Below, in pieces: positions 8,060 through 17,477 of a stretch of 44,643 nt of DNA. Source of the DNA: a virus (lineage: Duplodnaviria; Caudoviricetes). The notes under the pieces were generated by a model, which was given only the letters and a program-made list of their open reading frames with translations, was not told where the DNA came from and did no database searches. The first letter of the stretch is position 1. Each line of letters begins with the position of its first letter. The translations under genes were made by a program, and so were the position numbers. The stretch lies in the IMG/VR virus record IMGVR_UViG_3300033067_000051, positions 1 through 44,643 of that record. One strand, given 5' to 3'.

Positions 8060-10507
8060 TCCGAAAAAGTAAAGGGAATCAATGACTTGAGCTATATTTA
8101 GGCTTCCGGAGGGTGGTATTTCAGGTAGAGTAATACCAAAAAGACCTTCGTTTTTGGCCTTAAAGTCAGATAAGGGATTGTTTTCGCTATACATTTCGAC
8201 AAACGCCTCGCGGATAGCCCAGTGGAGCTTCCCGCAGTCGGCGGCATGTGTCCCGAAGTCGTCGTGGATACAGGCAAAGGAGCCTACACCTCGGTCTCTG
8301 GCCTTCAGGAGGGTCAGCATTAAGTGCGCGGCATCCATACTGTGAACGAAGTTCGGGGACGCACCTAGCTTCTGTTTCTGGGTGTCTATCAAGTCCCCAT
8401 CCACGTTCAGCCGGAGCCGGAAGTGTCCGGCAAGCTCCGTGTGGATTTGTTTAACGATAATCTTCTTGCGATCCTGATACACTGGGAAGCCCACAGGCGA
8501 GTCCCAGACGCAAGGTTTATTCTGCTTGGCTAGGGTAGCCGCGCAGCTTTGTATCCAGCCCATTGCCCGTCTGGCTGACACGACGACATCACCAATCGAC
8601 TCCCATAGGATAGGGGTCAAGAAGCAAGACATGTGGAAGCGTTCTTCCTTCACGAACACATCGGGCATCTCGTCAAGAATGAACTTGTATATGCTCTCCC
8701 GGCACGACTGCTGTGTCGAACCATACGGGAGTGTCATAACGGGTTTCTTTGACAGACCACGAGGCAATGCCCCAGTCTCTGTACTCTTGGCATACGACAG
8801 CCATTTGGAGGCTGCTATATTGTTCGGGTCGGCCTGTACCAGCTTACGCAGTTTCTCAGTGCATTTAACTGCAACCTGAGTATAAATGTCTGCTGGAGTT
8901 TTAGCAGGTATCAGATTCGTCGCGGCCCCGCCGATTTCATCTCGGAGCATAGCGGAGAAGTTTTGAAGGCCGTTGCACGATCCGTCAAGACCGACTGGCA
9001 GATACGATAACATTCCGAGTCCTTCTCTGAGGAACCGTTCGTACTCAATACAGAACGCCAGAAATTGCCAAGGTTTGTCTGCGCCAGACCATAAATCTTT
9101 GTTTGACAGAGGTTCACGGGCAACAGATCGGATGAGTTCTTCGTTATCTCGAACCCACTTGATACGATCTTCGTAGCTAAGTTTATCCTTGCCGAAACAG
9201 TTGGCTCCATGTATACGTAACCAACGTAAGGCATCAACATCAATGGCTTTGGGTTCAGCGAATTTAAGTATGCTCTTCGCAAAATCTGCTCCTTGTGGAG
9301 ATAGGCCAGAGACTGTTGTATAAATTCTTCCACGAAAATCACATTGGTAGACGTACCAAAACTTGTCGTAGGCTTTGAACTCATTTGCTAACCTTAATAC
9401 TCGCATCACCTGAAAGCATTTGGACACTCGTTCTTTTTCCATCGTGTGTACGATACGAGCCTCAACCTTCCAGTCGTGCAGAGTTTGTTTTTGTGTTTCG
9501 TTCATCTGCTCCTTTTTTAATTCAGGAGGAAGTGGGCATACTGGAGTCTGGTACGGCTCAGACTGCGGGAGACCCACAGGCAGGGACTGATCCCACGCCG
9601 ACTTTAACACGGTGTATACTTCTTGGTTGATTGTCCAAGGCACTTCTTGTAAGATGTTTACGGCCTCGCAGACCTTACTCATGTCTGACGTTTCAAGCAG
9701 GGCTTTGTGCTTCTCGCTTCTGGTTTTCACCAACGGTGTGCGGCTCCGTAATTGTGGGCTATAATACCCGCCTTGATAGAAACTCTCCCAAGGATCGGGA
9801 GGTATGATACAGGGTACGCGGTCTGGGTTCAACAGTGAGGATGAGTCTTGAAACTTCTTCACCCAGTCCAGACATTCTTGCGTAGGAACGATTGTAGCCT
9901 GAGCTACGCGCTTTCTCTTACCCTTAGCTTTGGTTGACTTCTTGATTAAGTCTGTAGACTCAATCACACAGTCGATCAGCTTCACACCAACAGCAGCCCG
10001 TTCAGCAGTTGTCCACGAGTTCCACCGTACACCCATCGTCTTTGACTTGAGAGTCAATACACGGTGCATGTGTCTGTAGTTCTTCGTGCCTTTGCGCCTG
10101 AAGTCTTGGATGATAGCCTCGTAGTAATTCTTATGTTCCTCATGGAACTTTCGGAAACGAGATTCATCCTCGACCATCGTGCCAATTTGAATCGCAAGCG
10201 AGGCAAGCGGCTCCTCTTTCGTGAAGTGATTGAACACCGCACGAAGAGTAAGGTACGCAGCCTTGTCGGCATCTATCGTCTGGATCAGGCTTCGGTATTT
10301 AGCCTTAGCTCCGGTCTTTCTGATAGATGCCCACGCGGTTATCTCTTCCGATACAGGACGTATGAACTCTTGCATTAGCTTTGTTGCATAGTTTGTATCG
10401 GCAGCACGTACCTTATCCTCTGCCTTTTGGATACCCTTGCGATAACGGGTTACACCAAAGGCGATCATCCGTTTCTCTAAATCAAGTTGTTCCGTAATAG
10501 ATGGCAT
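8057..10507 (-). CDS. T7-like single-subunit DNA-dependent RNA polymerase
   Basis: 816 aa; DFRGRIY, DGSCNGLQ (motif A), RGLSKKPVMTLPYG (motif B) and IHDDFGT (motif C); C-terminal YFFG. Confidence 0.98.
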   Translation of the reverse strand: MPSITEQLDLEKRMIAFGVTRYRKGIQKAEDKVRAADTNYATKLMQEFIRPVSEEITAWASIRKTGAKAKYRSLIQTIDADKAAYLTLRAVFNHFTKEEPLASLAIQIGTMVEDESRFRKFHEEHKNYYEAIIQDFRRKGTKNYRHMHRVLTLKSKTMGVRWNSWTTAERAAVGVKLIDCVIESTDLIKKSTKAKGKRKRVAQATIVPTQECLDWVKKFQDSSSLLNPDRVPCIIPPDPWESFYQGGYYSPQLRSRTPLVKTRSEKHKALLETSDMSKVCEAVNILQEVPWTINQEVYTVLKSAWDQSLPVGLPQSEPYQTPVCPLPPELKKEQMNETQKQTLHDWKVEARIVHTMEKERVSKCFQVMRVLRLANEFKAYDKFWYVYQCDFRGRIYTTVSGLSPQGADFAKSILKFAEPKAIDVDALRWLRIHGANCFGKDKLSYEDRIKWVRDNEELIRSVAREPLSNKDLWSGADKPWQFLAFCIEYERFLREGLGMLSYLPVGLDGSCNGLQNFSAMLRDEIGGAATNLIPAKTPADIYTQVAVKCTEKLRKLVQADPNNIAASKWLSYAKSTETGALPRGLSKKPVMTLPYGSTQQSCRESIYKFILDEMPDVFVKEERFHMSCFLTPILWESIGDVVVSARRAMGWIQSCAATLAKQNKPCVWDSPVGFPVYQDRKKIIVKQIHTELAGHFRLRLNVDGDLIDTQKQKLGASPNFVHSMDAAHLMLTLLKARDRGVGSFACIHDDFGTHAADCGKLHWAIREAFVEMYSENNPLSDFKAKNEGLFGITLPEIPPSGSLNIAQVIDSLYFFG

Positions 10508-10510
10508 AGG

Positions 10511-10894
10511 TTATCTCTTCTTTGCTGCTTTGCGTTTACGTCTTGCTCTCTTGTTTCGGAGCAAGCGTTTCTCATCTTCGGTCTTGTGCACAGGATGCCA
10601 TACTCCGGAAGGGTTTTCTTTATGCCACTTCCAATAGTCCAGTAGCTGTGCTATCCACCATGCCGGGGTCATGTCTCTCTTGGCCCGGTTTGCAAGGTTG
10701 AATACCTTGCCCTCCATACCATTGCAGTTGCGGCACAATAGGCCGCGCACTTCCCCAGTCTTGTGGTCGTGATCTAAACAACGATCAGATGGCTCCAGAA
10801 GTTTCAGGTCGAGGCGGCATAGAGCGCATCTCCCCTTCTGCTGTTTCATCAAGGCTGCTTTGATCTTCGGGATTTGTTCCTTCGTTATCCGCAT
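10511..10894 (-). CDS. Recombination endonuclease VII (resolvase)
   Basis: QKGRCALC...LDHDHKTGEVRGLLCRNCN motif; likely start MRITKEQ at 10894. Confidence 0.9.
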   Translation of the reverse strand: MRITKEQIPKIKAALMKQQKGRCALCRLDLKLLEPSDRCLDHDHKTGEVRGLLCRNCNGMEGKVFNLANRAKRDMTPAWWIAQLLDYWKWHKENPSGVWHPVHKTEDEKRLLRNKRARRKRKAAKKR

Positions 10895-11177
10895 CGGATT
10901 CCATTCTTTGTATAAAGGCTTCCGTCTTGGCTCGGAGTTCCGCAGCAGACATCTCATCGGTCTGAACTGTGTCTGCGCTATTAGGCACAATCATCACGTT
11001 CTCCTTAATCCACTTCTTGCTGATCGAACGACCAAGCTGTTTCTTCACGGTCTTACGTATCTCTGCGAGTACCCGGCGACGATCAACGTCACCGATAAAA
11101 CTCAGGAGCATCCAGTTCTTCATACCCTCGGTGTCATACCAAGGGATCAAGACCTTTGTGTGTCCTGAGTACCTCAT
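10785..11177 (-). CDS. Hypothetical protein (130 aa; possible internal start at 10994)
   Basis: ATGA-coupled to the exonuclease stop; 3' end overlaps endonuclease VII by 110 nt. Confidence 0.55.
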   Translation of the reverse strand: MRYSGHTKVLIPWYDTEGMKNWMLLSFIGDVDRRRVLAEIRKTVKKQLGRSISKKWIKENVMIVPNSADTVQTDEMSAAELRAKTEAFIQRMESDADNEGTNPEDQSSLDETAEGEMRSMPPRPETSGAI

Positions 11178-12115
11178 TTACAGGTCTCCGTAATCCAGTC
11201 TACCACATCATCCATCGACTCTTTGCGCCGCATCCACAGGAGCCGCGCTTCCGATAGGAAGGCTTCTCCGTATGTGATTGGTTCACCAGTACGGTAATTA
11301 ACATACCCTTGGTGCTCACCACACAACTTGTAGAGTTTCTTGACGAGGGCGAAAGCCTCTTTGTCATTCTTTACCGTCGATAGGATTTCGTGTGCCATCA
11401 TAGGGCCGCATTGCTTTGGCTTGCCATTCAGGAACTGTGGATCATAAACTTTCGGTAACCCCGAGATATGGTCTGCTGTGTCGCCCATAAGCATTTGCGC
11501 CCAGAAGAATATCGTTCCTCTGCCGCGCAATTTCTTTTGTGCTCCATAGCTATCAATCGTGAGATGCCCGAAAGGTGAGCCGTTAGTGTCGCTGATTTCT
11601 CCGGTATCCCAATCTAGTTGGAGTCCGGGAACCATCGTCAGGTCTTTGTCCTTGGATGCGATTACCGTAAGATTGTGTCTCCCTTCGGAGATCATACGGT
11701 ACTGCTCCATAGCCATGCCATCGTCGGCTTCGACGTTCGGGTGTAGGACAGCGCCCCTCTCTTGGTGCATCCATGTACGCATTGCGTTCAGGAGCTTTGG
11801 CTTGGCTTTATTCTTGCGATTGCCTTGGTACTCTTTCAACAAGGCTGCATCGTGCCTACCGCCTTTATCTGATCCATTCGGAGTCAGGTGTAAGGTTGTA
11901 TGCTCGGCTCCAGCCATGAGTCGGAGCTTTTCAATACGGGCATCGCAATTGTGCCGCATCTCTTGGATACTCTTTTTGTTATCCGCAGAGACTTGGTACG
12001 CTAGGAAGTCAGCGTCGATGTGTACGATACGACCTTTAACAGTCTTCGGCACAATCATCTTCGGCTTCTTCTCTTCCTCTAGTGCCGATAAATCGACACC
12101 GAACTTTTTAGACAT
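11174..12115 (-). CDS. 5'-3' exonuclease (T7 gp6-like)
   Basis: HIDADFLAY, YQGNR, VEADD, SKDKDL and GDTADHISGL motifs; start MSKKF at 12115. Confidence 0.93.
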   Translation of the reverse strand: MSKKFGVDLSALEEEKKPKMIVPKTVKGRIVHIDADFLAYQVSADNKKSIQEMRHNCDARIEKLRLMAGAEHTTLHLTPNGSDKGGRHDAALLKEYQGNRKNKAKPKLLNAMRTWMHQERGAVLHPNVEADDGMAMEQYRMISEGRHNLTVIASKDKDLTMVPGLQLDWDTGEISDTNGSPFGHLTIDSYGAQKKLRGRGTIFFWAQMLMGDTADHISGLPKVYDPQFLNGKPKQCGPMMAHEILSTVKNDKEAFALVKKLYKLCGEHQGYVNYRTGEPITYGEAFLSEARLLWMRRKESMDDVVDWITETCK

Positions 12116-12632
12116 CGGTAACCTTCTCAATCTCGTAATCGGGATACTTAGCCTTCATACGCTCTAGGCGTTTTGCTTGTCTATCTGTACGATTGATATT
12201 CATTACGCGGATGAACTTCTCTTTCACACAACGCATAAACGCATCAGTGGCAGAGACCTTCTCTCCATCGTAATTAATCTGGCAGATGTCCAAGTCGAAC
12301 GTGTTCATATCGCAAGCCTTATTAGCGGCAAAGATAATGTCGAACTTAACACCGTTGTCCACTAGCTTGAATATGGCGAATATGTCCCTATCAGCATCCT
12401 TGTCCACATGGTCTCGTCCGTACATAGTATCCTTGTCGAGAACAATCTCGGGGAACATATCGAATACGGTTGACGACTCATACGGGAAGTGCGGAACGAA
12501 TATATCCACATCTTTGACTGGACGTTTGTGATAAAGATCACGCAACGCTCCCCCGGCAATAACTGCGCCGGGGAAGGCTGCACGAATCTTATTCAATACC
12601 TGCGTCCAGTGATCCGGAACAGGTAAGTCCAT
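12108..12632 (-). CDS. Nucleotidyltransferase (poly(A) polymerase/CCA-enzyme head-domain-like)
   Basis: 174 aa; AGGALRD...KDVDIF (GG...DxD) and FDLDICQ motifs. Confidence 0.82.
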   Translation of the reverse strand: MDLPVPDHWTQVLNKIRAAFPGAVIAGGALRDLYHKRPVKDVDIFVPHFPYESSTVFDMFPEIVLDKDTMYGRDHVDKDADRDIFAIFKLVDNGVKFDIIFAANKACDMNTFDLDICQINYDGEKVSATDAFMRCVKEKFIRVMNINRTDRQAKRLERMKAKYPDYEIEKVTDV

Positions 12633-13756
12633 TAGTCAAGGAGTCCAAGGTCAGCGAGAGGATCGTCGGAGCGAGTCGCCTTCGGTTGCTTGTTAGCCTT
12701 AACTGGCTTAGAAGGGGATGCAGTCTTCGCAGACTTCGCAGCCACTTTCCCAGTCGCGGCAGGTGCAGACTTCTTGGTTGCCGGAGCAGCCACAGGCTTT
12801 TTTGCGACAGATTTCACTGGCGCTTTAGCCGGAGCTTTTACTACTGCTTTTTTAGCAGGGGCTTTGGCAGGAGGTTCGTCTTCTTCCTCTTCGTCCAACT
12901 CCTCGTTCTCTTCTTCCAGTTCGCCTTCTTCCTCTAAGTCTTCGAGGTCAACTTCATCTTCTGCCTCGGTTTCATCCGAGTCCAGATCATCAAGCTCACC
13001 GCCATCGTCTTCAAGCATCTGCTCGACAGCAGAGCCGGGGAAGTTCACGGCGTTCTTGATCTTGTTCTGTAAGAAGTTCTTGGATTGAATTTCTTCAGTA
13101 CCATCTTCTTTCTTGATAGAACGCTCACCGTCGATGAACAGCGAATCCCACGACTCTTTGGTCGGGGCATTAAAGATGAACAAACGGATTTCACCGATAG
13201 CCTCGGGGACTTTCAGTTTCTTCGTTTCGCCTGTCTCGATGTCCTGCTGAACAGGAGCGCCGATTAGGAACGAGCCATCTTTGTCTGTGATGTTTGCGTA
13301 AGTCTTCTTGCCATCAGCCGACTTGTTGTGCGTTACCGTGATAGTGAACGCCTCATCCAGCATCTGTGCCATGTGCTTGATCGACTCACGACCACGCTGC
13401 ATCTTATCGAACAGCTTGGCGTACTTCGCTTTCTCGTGCATAGACTTCTGCATGGTCATGCTGATACGGGCAGGGATTTTCACCTTCTCGCCATCAACTT
13501 CGACTTCTTTCACATGCTTCGGATGAGTCAACTCAAACGTGATGCGAACATCGTCGGCGGGTGGTTTCTTGCGACCCTTGAACGGACGCTGAGGCTGTTT
13601 GCCCAGTTCAACGTACTCGACCAAACGGCCTACGGTAAGACCCGCAGCAGGTGGTTCGTAATCGAAATCACCGCCACCGGACTTGCGCTCTGACTGATCT
13701 TCAAGCTCAACGGCTTTGTCGATCAGGTCTTTCAGATTGTTTTTGTTTTTAGCCAT
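12632..13756 (-). CDS. Conserved replication-module protein (phiKMV gp21-like position; putative ssDNA/DNA-binding)
   Basis: 374 aa; GRLVEYVELGKQ core, acidic tract, then K/A/P-rich tail; directly after DNA polymerase. Confidence 0.7.
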   Translation of the reverse strand: MAKNKNNLKDLIDKAVELEDQSERKSGGGDFDYEPPAAGLTVGRLVEYVELGKQPQRPFKGRKKPPADDVRITFELTHPKHVKEVEVDGEKVKIPARISMTMQKSMHEKAKYAKLFDKMQRGRESIKHMAQMLDEAFTITVTHNKSADGKKTYANITDKDGSFLIGAPVQQDIETGETKKLKVPEAIGEIRLFIFNAPTKESWDSLFIDGERSIKKEDGTEEIQSKNFLQNKIKNAVNFPGSAVEQMLEDDGGELDDLDSDETEAEDEVDLEDLEEEGELEEENEELDEEEEDEPPAKAPAKKAVVKAPAKAPVKSVAKKPVAAPATKKSAPAATGKVAAKSAKTASPSKPVKANKQPKATRSDDPLADLGLLD

Positions 13757-13764
13757 GTGTTCTC

Positions 13765-16035
13765 CTAAATATGTAGTACATGCTTGTCGTACAAGTTCGG
13801 CCCAATCTCCAACTCAACGGGGAATGGTACGGGTACGTCCATACCATATAATTCGTGAAGCACCTCTGGAACACTCTCCATGATGCGTTTAACATCAGGT
13901 GCTACTTCCTTCAGCACATCGTTGTGCGCGTCGATCCATACGCAGTCGTGTACCGTGTTGCACAGCAATGCCCGACCACCGAAGTTGTCGTGAGCAATGA
14001 AGTGTCTCCACAGTCTGCCGAGGATGATCTGAACGATCTCTCCCCCAGTTCCTTGTACCGGATAGTTTTTCAGTTCCGTTGGCGAGAACGTATCTAGGAT
14101 GCCTCTGTCCTTGAGGAACTTAGGAGCATCATACGAACGGAAACTGTAGATCGTGCCAGTTGGGGCTTGCCATTGACCACGGCTGAATGTTCTGAAGCCT
14201 CGCACAGGATCGCGGAAACGTACAGCCGATTTCTTGACTATCTGTTCCACATCGTGATTGAACTCCACAACGCCGGGGTACATGATCTCTTCGGCTTCGA
14301 TCAAAGCCTTGACTTCCTCAATCGGCAGCCCGGTTGACTCTGCAATCAATACAGCGCCAGCACCATAGGAGCGTTGGAATGAGAAAATCTTCGCCTTATT
14401 ACGCCGCGTTTTCCACAGGGCGTGGTCAGGCATGTCCTCTTTCTTACACAGTCGGAGGGCATCCTCATACGGAATCTTATAGGTGACTGCAACACGTTTA
14501 CAGTGGAAGTCAACCTTGTTCCGTAAATCCTCGCACAAGTTCTTGTCGAGGGACAACAGCCCCTGAACGACAACCTCTAGCTGAGAATAATCAGCTTCGA
14601 GCATAACCCCGTCTTGTCCGAAACGGGAGATCAGCATCTTTTTAACTTCAGACGTATCACCGCGAGGGATATTCTGCAAGTTTGGATTAGCTGACGATAA
14701 CCGAGATGTGACTGTGCTAGTGTGGTTCAATAAGTGATGGATCAGGTGTGAACCCGGCATCACGCATGTTAGCATACCAACATAGTCTTTTTTCTTCTCG
14801 TCGTAGCGAAGGTAATACGTACCCAAGTCCTTGACGATTTTCTGGCGTTTAGCAAGCAGCTTCAGGAAGGGGATGTCACGATTCCCTAGCTCGGTAATAA
14901 TATCCGCACCGACTGAGTACGTGGGATTACCAGCACCATCCATGATGGCGCTTTCCCACTTCGAGTTCGGCGCAGTATAACCGGGCAGGTCGAATGTGAA
15001 CAGTTGCTTCTTAGTCTTGCGTTCACCGGGGTACGACACGGCTTTGTACCGTCCTGCACCCTTATTCTTGCCGGACTTGTTCGAGTCCTGCACAACACCC
15101 TCGCTGTTCATCCACAGCGATTCCTCGTCTACACGATCACAGGTCTCTGGGTCTTCGGCGTTGCCGTTGAACACGGGCCACTTCGCTTTGACGTTCTTAC
15201 GTACCCACTTACCATCCTCGCCCTTGTATGGGGCGGCTTTGACGTACTTGATAGTACCGCCAAAGATCAGGCATGATACGTGGACGTTTGACGACCAGTT
15301 GAAGTCAAGGCCATCCGGCATTGGCGGGATGTACTCTAGCAGAGCGTCCTCGGTTGTCTTCAAATCGGCTTCAAGGAGTGCCATAGAGCGTTTCGCTTCT
15401 TGCACATCAATCTTGATACCGTTGAACTCCATCTCGGTAGTCGCTAGCAGTCCATCCATACGGGCCATAATCATCGGGAGCATACCAAGTTCCTTGGCGC
15501 GTTTGTATTGCCCCAAGAATATCTTTTCTGTGTTCCCAATGTCGCCTGAGTCTCGTCCTTCGGCCTCAGTGCCGACGAGGTAGTCGATCAGCATGTCTTG
15601 GTCGATCTGGGATGTAAGCATCCCCATCTCCCACAATGCCTTCACGGAGTCAATCTTACGGCGACCACCATACTTCTCAGCGATCTCGTCCATTGACACC
15701 ATGTGCGAGTCCGGGTGCATACCTTGTATCAAGTACTCGGCGTACTGTGTATCCCAGATTCGTCCACCCCGTTTGAAGAATAACTTCAGGCCGGGATCGT
15801 TCCATCCGAACAGCAGATCGAATTTAATGTTGTGACCGATCAGGATCGTAACATCATCGTCAATCTGTAGAGGTACTTCCTCTTCCTTGCTCGGATAGTA
15901 AGCGAACGAACATTTCTTGTCGCCCTGCTTTTTCCACCCTAGCGCCACTGTCCAGTTCTTTTCAGAGAACGGGTTAGCGAAGCGTTTGAATACTTCGTGG
16001 TTCTCAGTCTCGCGGTCAAATACTAAATAAGCCAT
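13765..16035 (-). CDS. DNA polymerase family A with 3'-5' exonuclease domain
   Basis: 756 aa; DxE (DRETE), GHNIKFDL, TSRLSSANPNLQNIP, DYSQLE, RNKAKIFSFQRSYG, NYPVQG and VHD motifs. Confidence 0.97.
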   Translation of the reverse strand: MAYLVFDRETENHEVFKRFANPFSEKNWTVALGWKKQGDKKCSFAYYPSKEEEVPLQIDDDVTILIGHNIKFDLLFGWNDPGLKLFFKRGGRIWDTQYAEYLIQGMHPDSHMVSMDEIAEKYGGRRKIDSVKALWEMGMLTSQIDQDMLIDYLVGTEAEGRDSGDIGNTEKIFLGQYKRAKELGMLPMIMARMDGLLATTEMEFNGIKIDVQEAKRSMALLEADLKTTEDALLEYIPPMPDGLDFNWSSNVHVSCLIFGGTIKYVKAAPYKGEDGKWVRKNVKAKWPVFNGNAEDPETCDRVDEESLWMNSEGVVQDSNKSGKNKGAGRYKAVSYPGERKTKKQLFTFDLPGYTAPNSKWESAIMDGAGNPTYSVGADIITELGNRDIPFLKLLAKRQKIVKDLGTYYLRYDEKKKDYVGMLTCVMPGSHLIHHLLNHTSTVTSRLSSANPNLQNIPRGDTSEVKKMLISRFGQDGVMLEADYSQLEVVVQGLLSLDKNLCEDLRNKVDFHCKRVAVTYKIPYEDALRLCKKEDMPDHALWKTRRNKAKIFSFQRSYGAGAVLIAESTGLPIEEVKALIEAEEIMYPGVVEFNHDVEQIVKKSAVRFRDPVRGFRTFSRGQWQAPTGTIYSFRSYDAPKFLKDRGILDTFSPTELKNYPVQGTGGEIVQIILGRLWRHFIAHDNFGGRALLCNTVHDCVWIDAHNDVLKEVAPDVKRIMESVPEVLHELYGMDVPVPFPVELEIGPNLYDKHVLHI

Positions 16036-16046
16036 TTAACCTCTTT

Positions 16047-16907
16047 CTATTCATAACTGGGTTCGGTCTTGTCCGGTCTCCAGCGTTGAAATGTTGGCTG
16101 TCGTAGGGCATCATAAGTCGGGTCTGCCATGTACTCGACTTCGGCTATCTGCCCTATGTATGCCTGTTGGTTCGCAAAGATGTCTCTGCGTTCTTGGTGC
16201 GTGAGCTTACCGGGGCCGCAACCAATGGTCTCGCCACGGTAGTCCACATTTATACGACCAATCATACCCTTCGGCTTCTTGGTCTTTGCCTCTTCGGCTT
16301 CCTCAAACCCTACAACTCTAAGGTCTAGGGTCGGCTTGCCTTTCAGCTTCATCATTCCCCACGAGCGACTTCCAATATCATACTTACCATCTAAACTACG
16401 GAGTACCATACCTTCGGCTCTGGGATTCTTCTGCATGAACTCTTTGAATGTACTGTCGATCTGATCCGTAGACATTACAGTCGTCATAGGAATAAATCGC
16501 ACAGCATCTTCTCGCAACAGGAAACGAGATTTGACTTCGTTCATTCTGTTGTTGTATGGTTCATCTTCGTATCCCTCTTGATAGTAGTCGAAGATCATCA
16601 GAACAATGTTCGGCTGAACTTCTAACTTACGCACAAGGCCGGAGGCTTCCTTGAATGGAAGTCCGGGTACGATAAGCTCACCTATAAGGTGCTCTCCGGG
16701 TTGCATCACCTCCGAGAGAATCTCCCGAATGTGATCCACAGAAGGTAGAGGCTTGTCTTGGCGTGATCGTACAAGTACCTTATTTCCACTCATCCTCTTT
16801 TCACAATAGAAGTCTGCGGCAACACCGTCATGCTTCTCAGTTAAGATAGCGGGGAACGATACCTTCTTGGGGTTGTAAGATTTCGCCAGCATCAGAACGT
16901 CTGACAT
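16047..16907 (-). CDS. ATP-dependent DNA ligase
   Basis: KxDG (TEKHDGV), GEL, IFD, EGMVLR and KLK motifs; GAGGT RBS before MSDVL at 16907. Confidence 0.92.
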   Translation of the reverse strand: MSDVLMLAKSYNPKKVSFPAILTEKHDGVAADFYCEKRMSGNKVLVRSRQDKPLPSVDHIREILSEVMQPGEHLIGELIVPGLPFKEASGLVRKLEVQPNIVLMIFDYYQEGYEDEPYNNRMNEVKSRFLLREDAVRFIPMTTVMSTDQIDSTFKEFMQKNPRAEGMVLRSLDGKYDIGSRSWGMMKLKGKPTLDLRVVGFEEAEEAKTKKPKGMIGRINVDYRGETIGCGPGKLTHQERRDIFANQQAYIGQIAEVEYMADPTYDALRQPTFQRWRPDKTEPSYE

Positions 16908-17121
16908 TACGCATACCTCTTTCGTTTGATTTGTACTGTTCGTACACTTCGTGTAGGCACTCTTCGAGAGTGGCTGCTTCATACGTTATCGTCCAGTAGC
17001 ATTGCCCCGGACGGTATGGGTTCAGTCTCTCTAGTAGCACCGAGTGCTGTCCAAATGCTGTTCTGAATACGCCTAGCTGCAAGTGCTTAGGCACAAGCTC
17101 TAGGAACTCTTCGATCTTCAT
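16837..17121 (-). CDS. Hypothetical protein (MKIEEFLEL..., 94 aa)
   Basis: ATGA-coupled to the DUF5664 gene; overlaps the ligase start by 71 nt. Confidence 0.55.
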   Translation of the reverse strand: MKIEEFLELVPKHLQLGVFRTAFGQHSVLLERLNPYRPGQCYWTITYEAATLEECLHEVYEQYKSNERGMRNVRRSDAGEILQPQEGIVPRYLN

Positions 17122-17477
17122 TTGGTAGCCTTCGGATCGTTGAACTTTGTAAAGTCCTGAACGTCCCCTGTCTGGCTGTAGTCTACGATTGCGAACCACA
17201 GCAGGAACAAAGCATTACATGCAATGTGTGCTAGGTGGTGTAATCCAGACTCATCATCGTGGGACTCTCCGGCTTTCCATGCGTTCATGTGCCGATCCAG
17301 CGCATCCTCGTAACGCTCCCGAGCTTCGGGAACATTTTGCCACGAGTTAGCGGCGTATTTGGCTGCACCGTATGTCAATACTGCTGCAACAGCGCGGAGT
17401 GGCAATGCCAATCCTCGTGTGAGCAGACTGAAACGGAGCTTGCCTCCATCGTGTTTTGCGCCGATGTTTTGGGTCAT
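17118..17477 (-). CDS. DUF5664 dATP/dGTP diphosphohydrolase-domain protein
   Basis: GAKHDGGKLRFSLL, VLTYGAAKYAANSW, ALDRH and DDESGLHHLAHIACNALFL motifs; ATGA-coupled to the upstream gene. Confidence 0.88.
   Translation of the reverse strand: MTQNIGAKHDGGKLRFSLLTRGLALPLRAVAAVLTYGAAKYAANSWQNVPEARERYEDALDRHMNAWKAGESHDDESGLHHLAHIACNALFLLWFAIVDYSQTGDVQDFTKFNDPKATK

Noticed and set aside
10511-10894. Mobile homing endonuclease or intron next to RNAP
   Set aside because: Standard endonuclease VII at its usual phiKMV-type position; RNAP and DNA polymerase ORFs are uninterrupted
17118-17477. Z-genome or deazaguanine DNA modification suggested by DUF5664
   Set aside because: No PurZ, DatZ, DpdA or Que/Fol-type genes are recognisable anywhere in this complete genome
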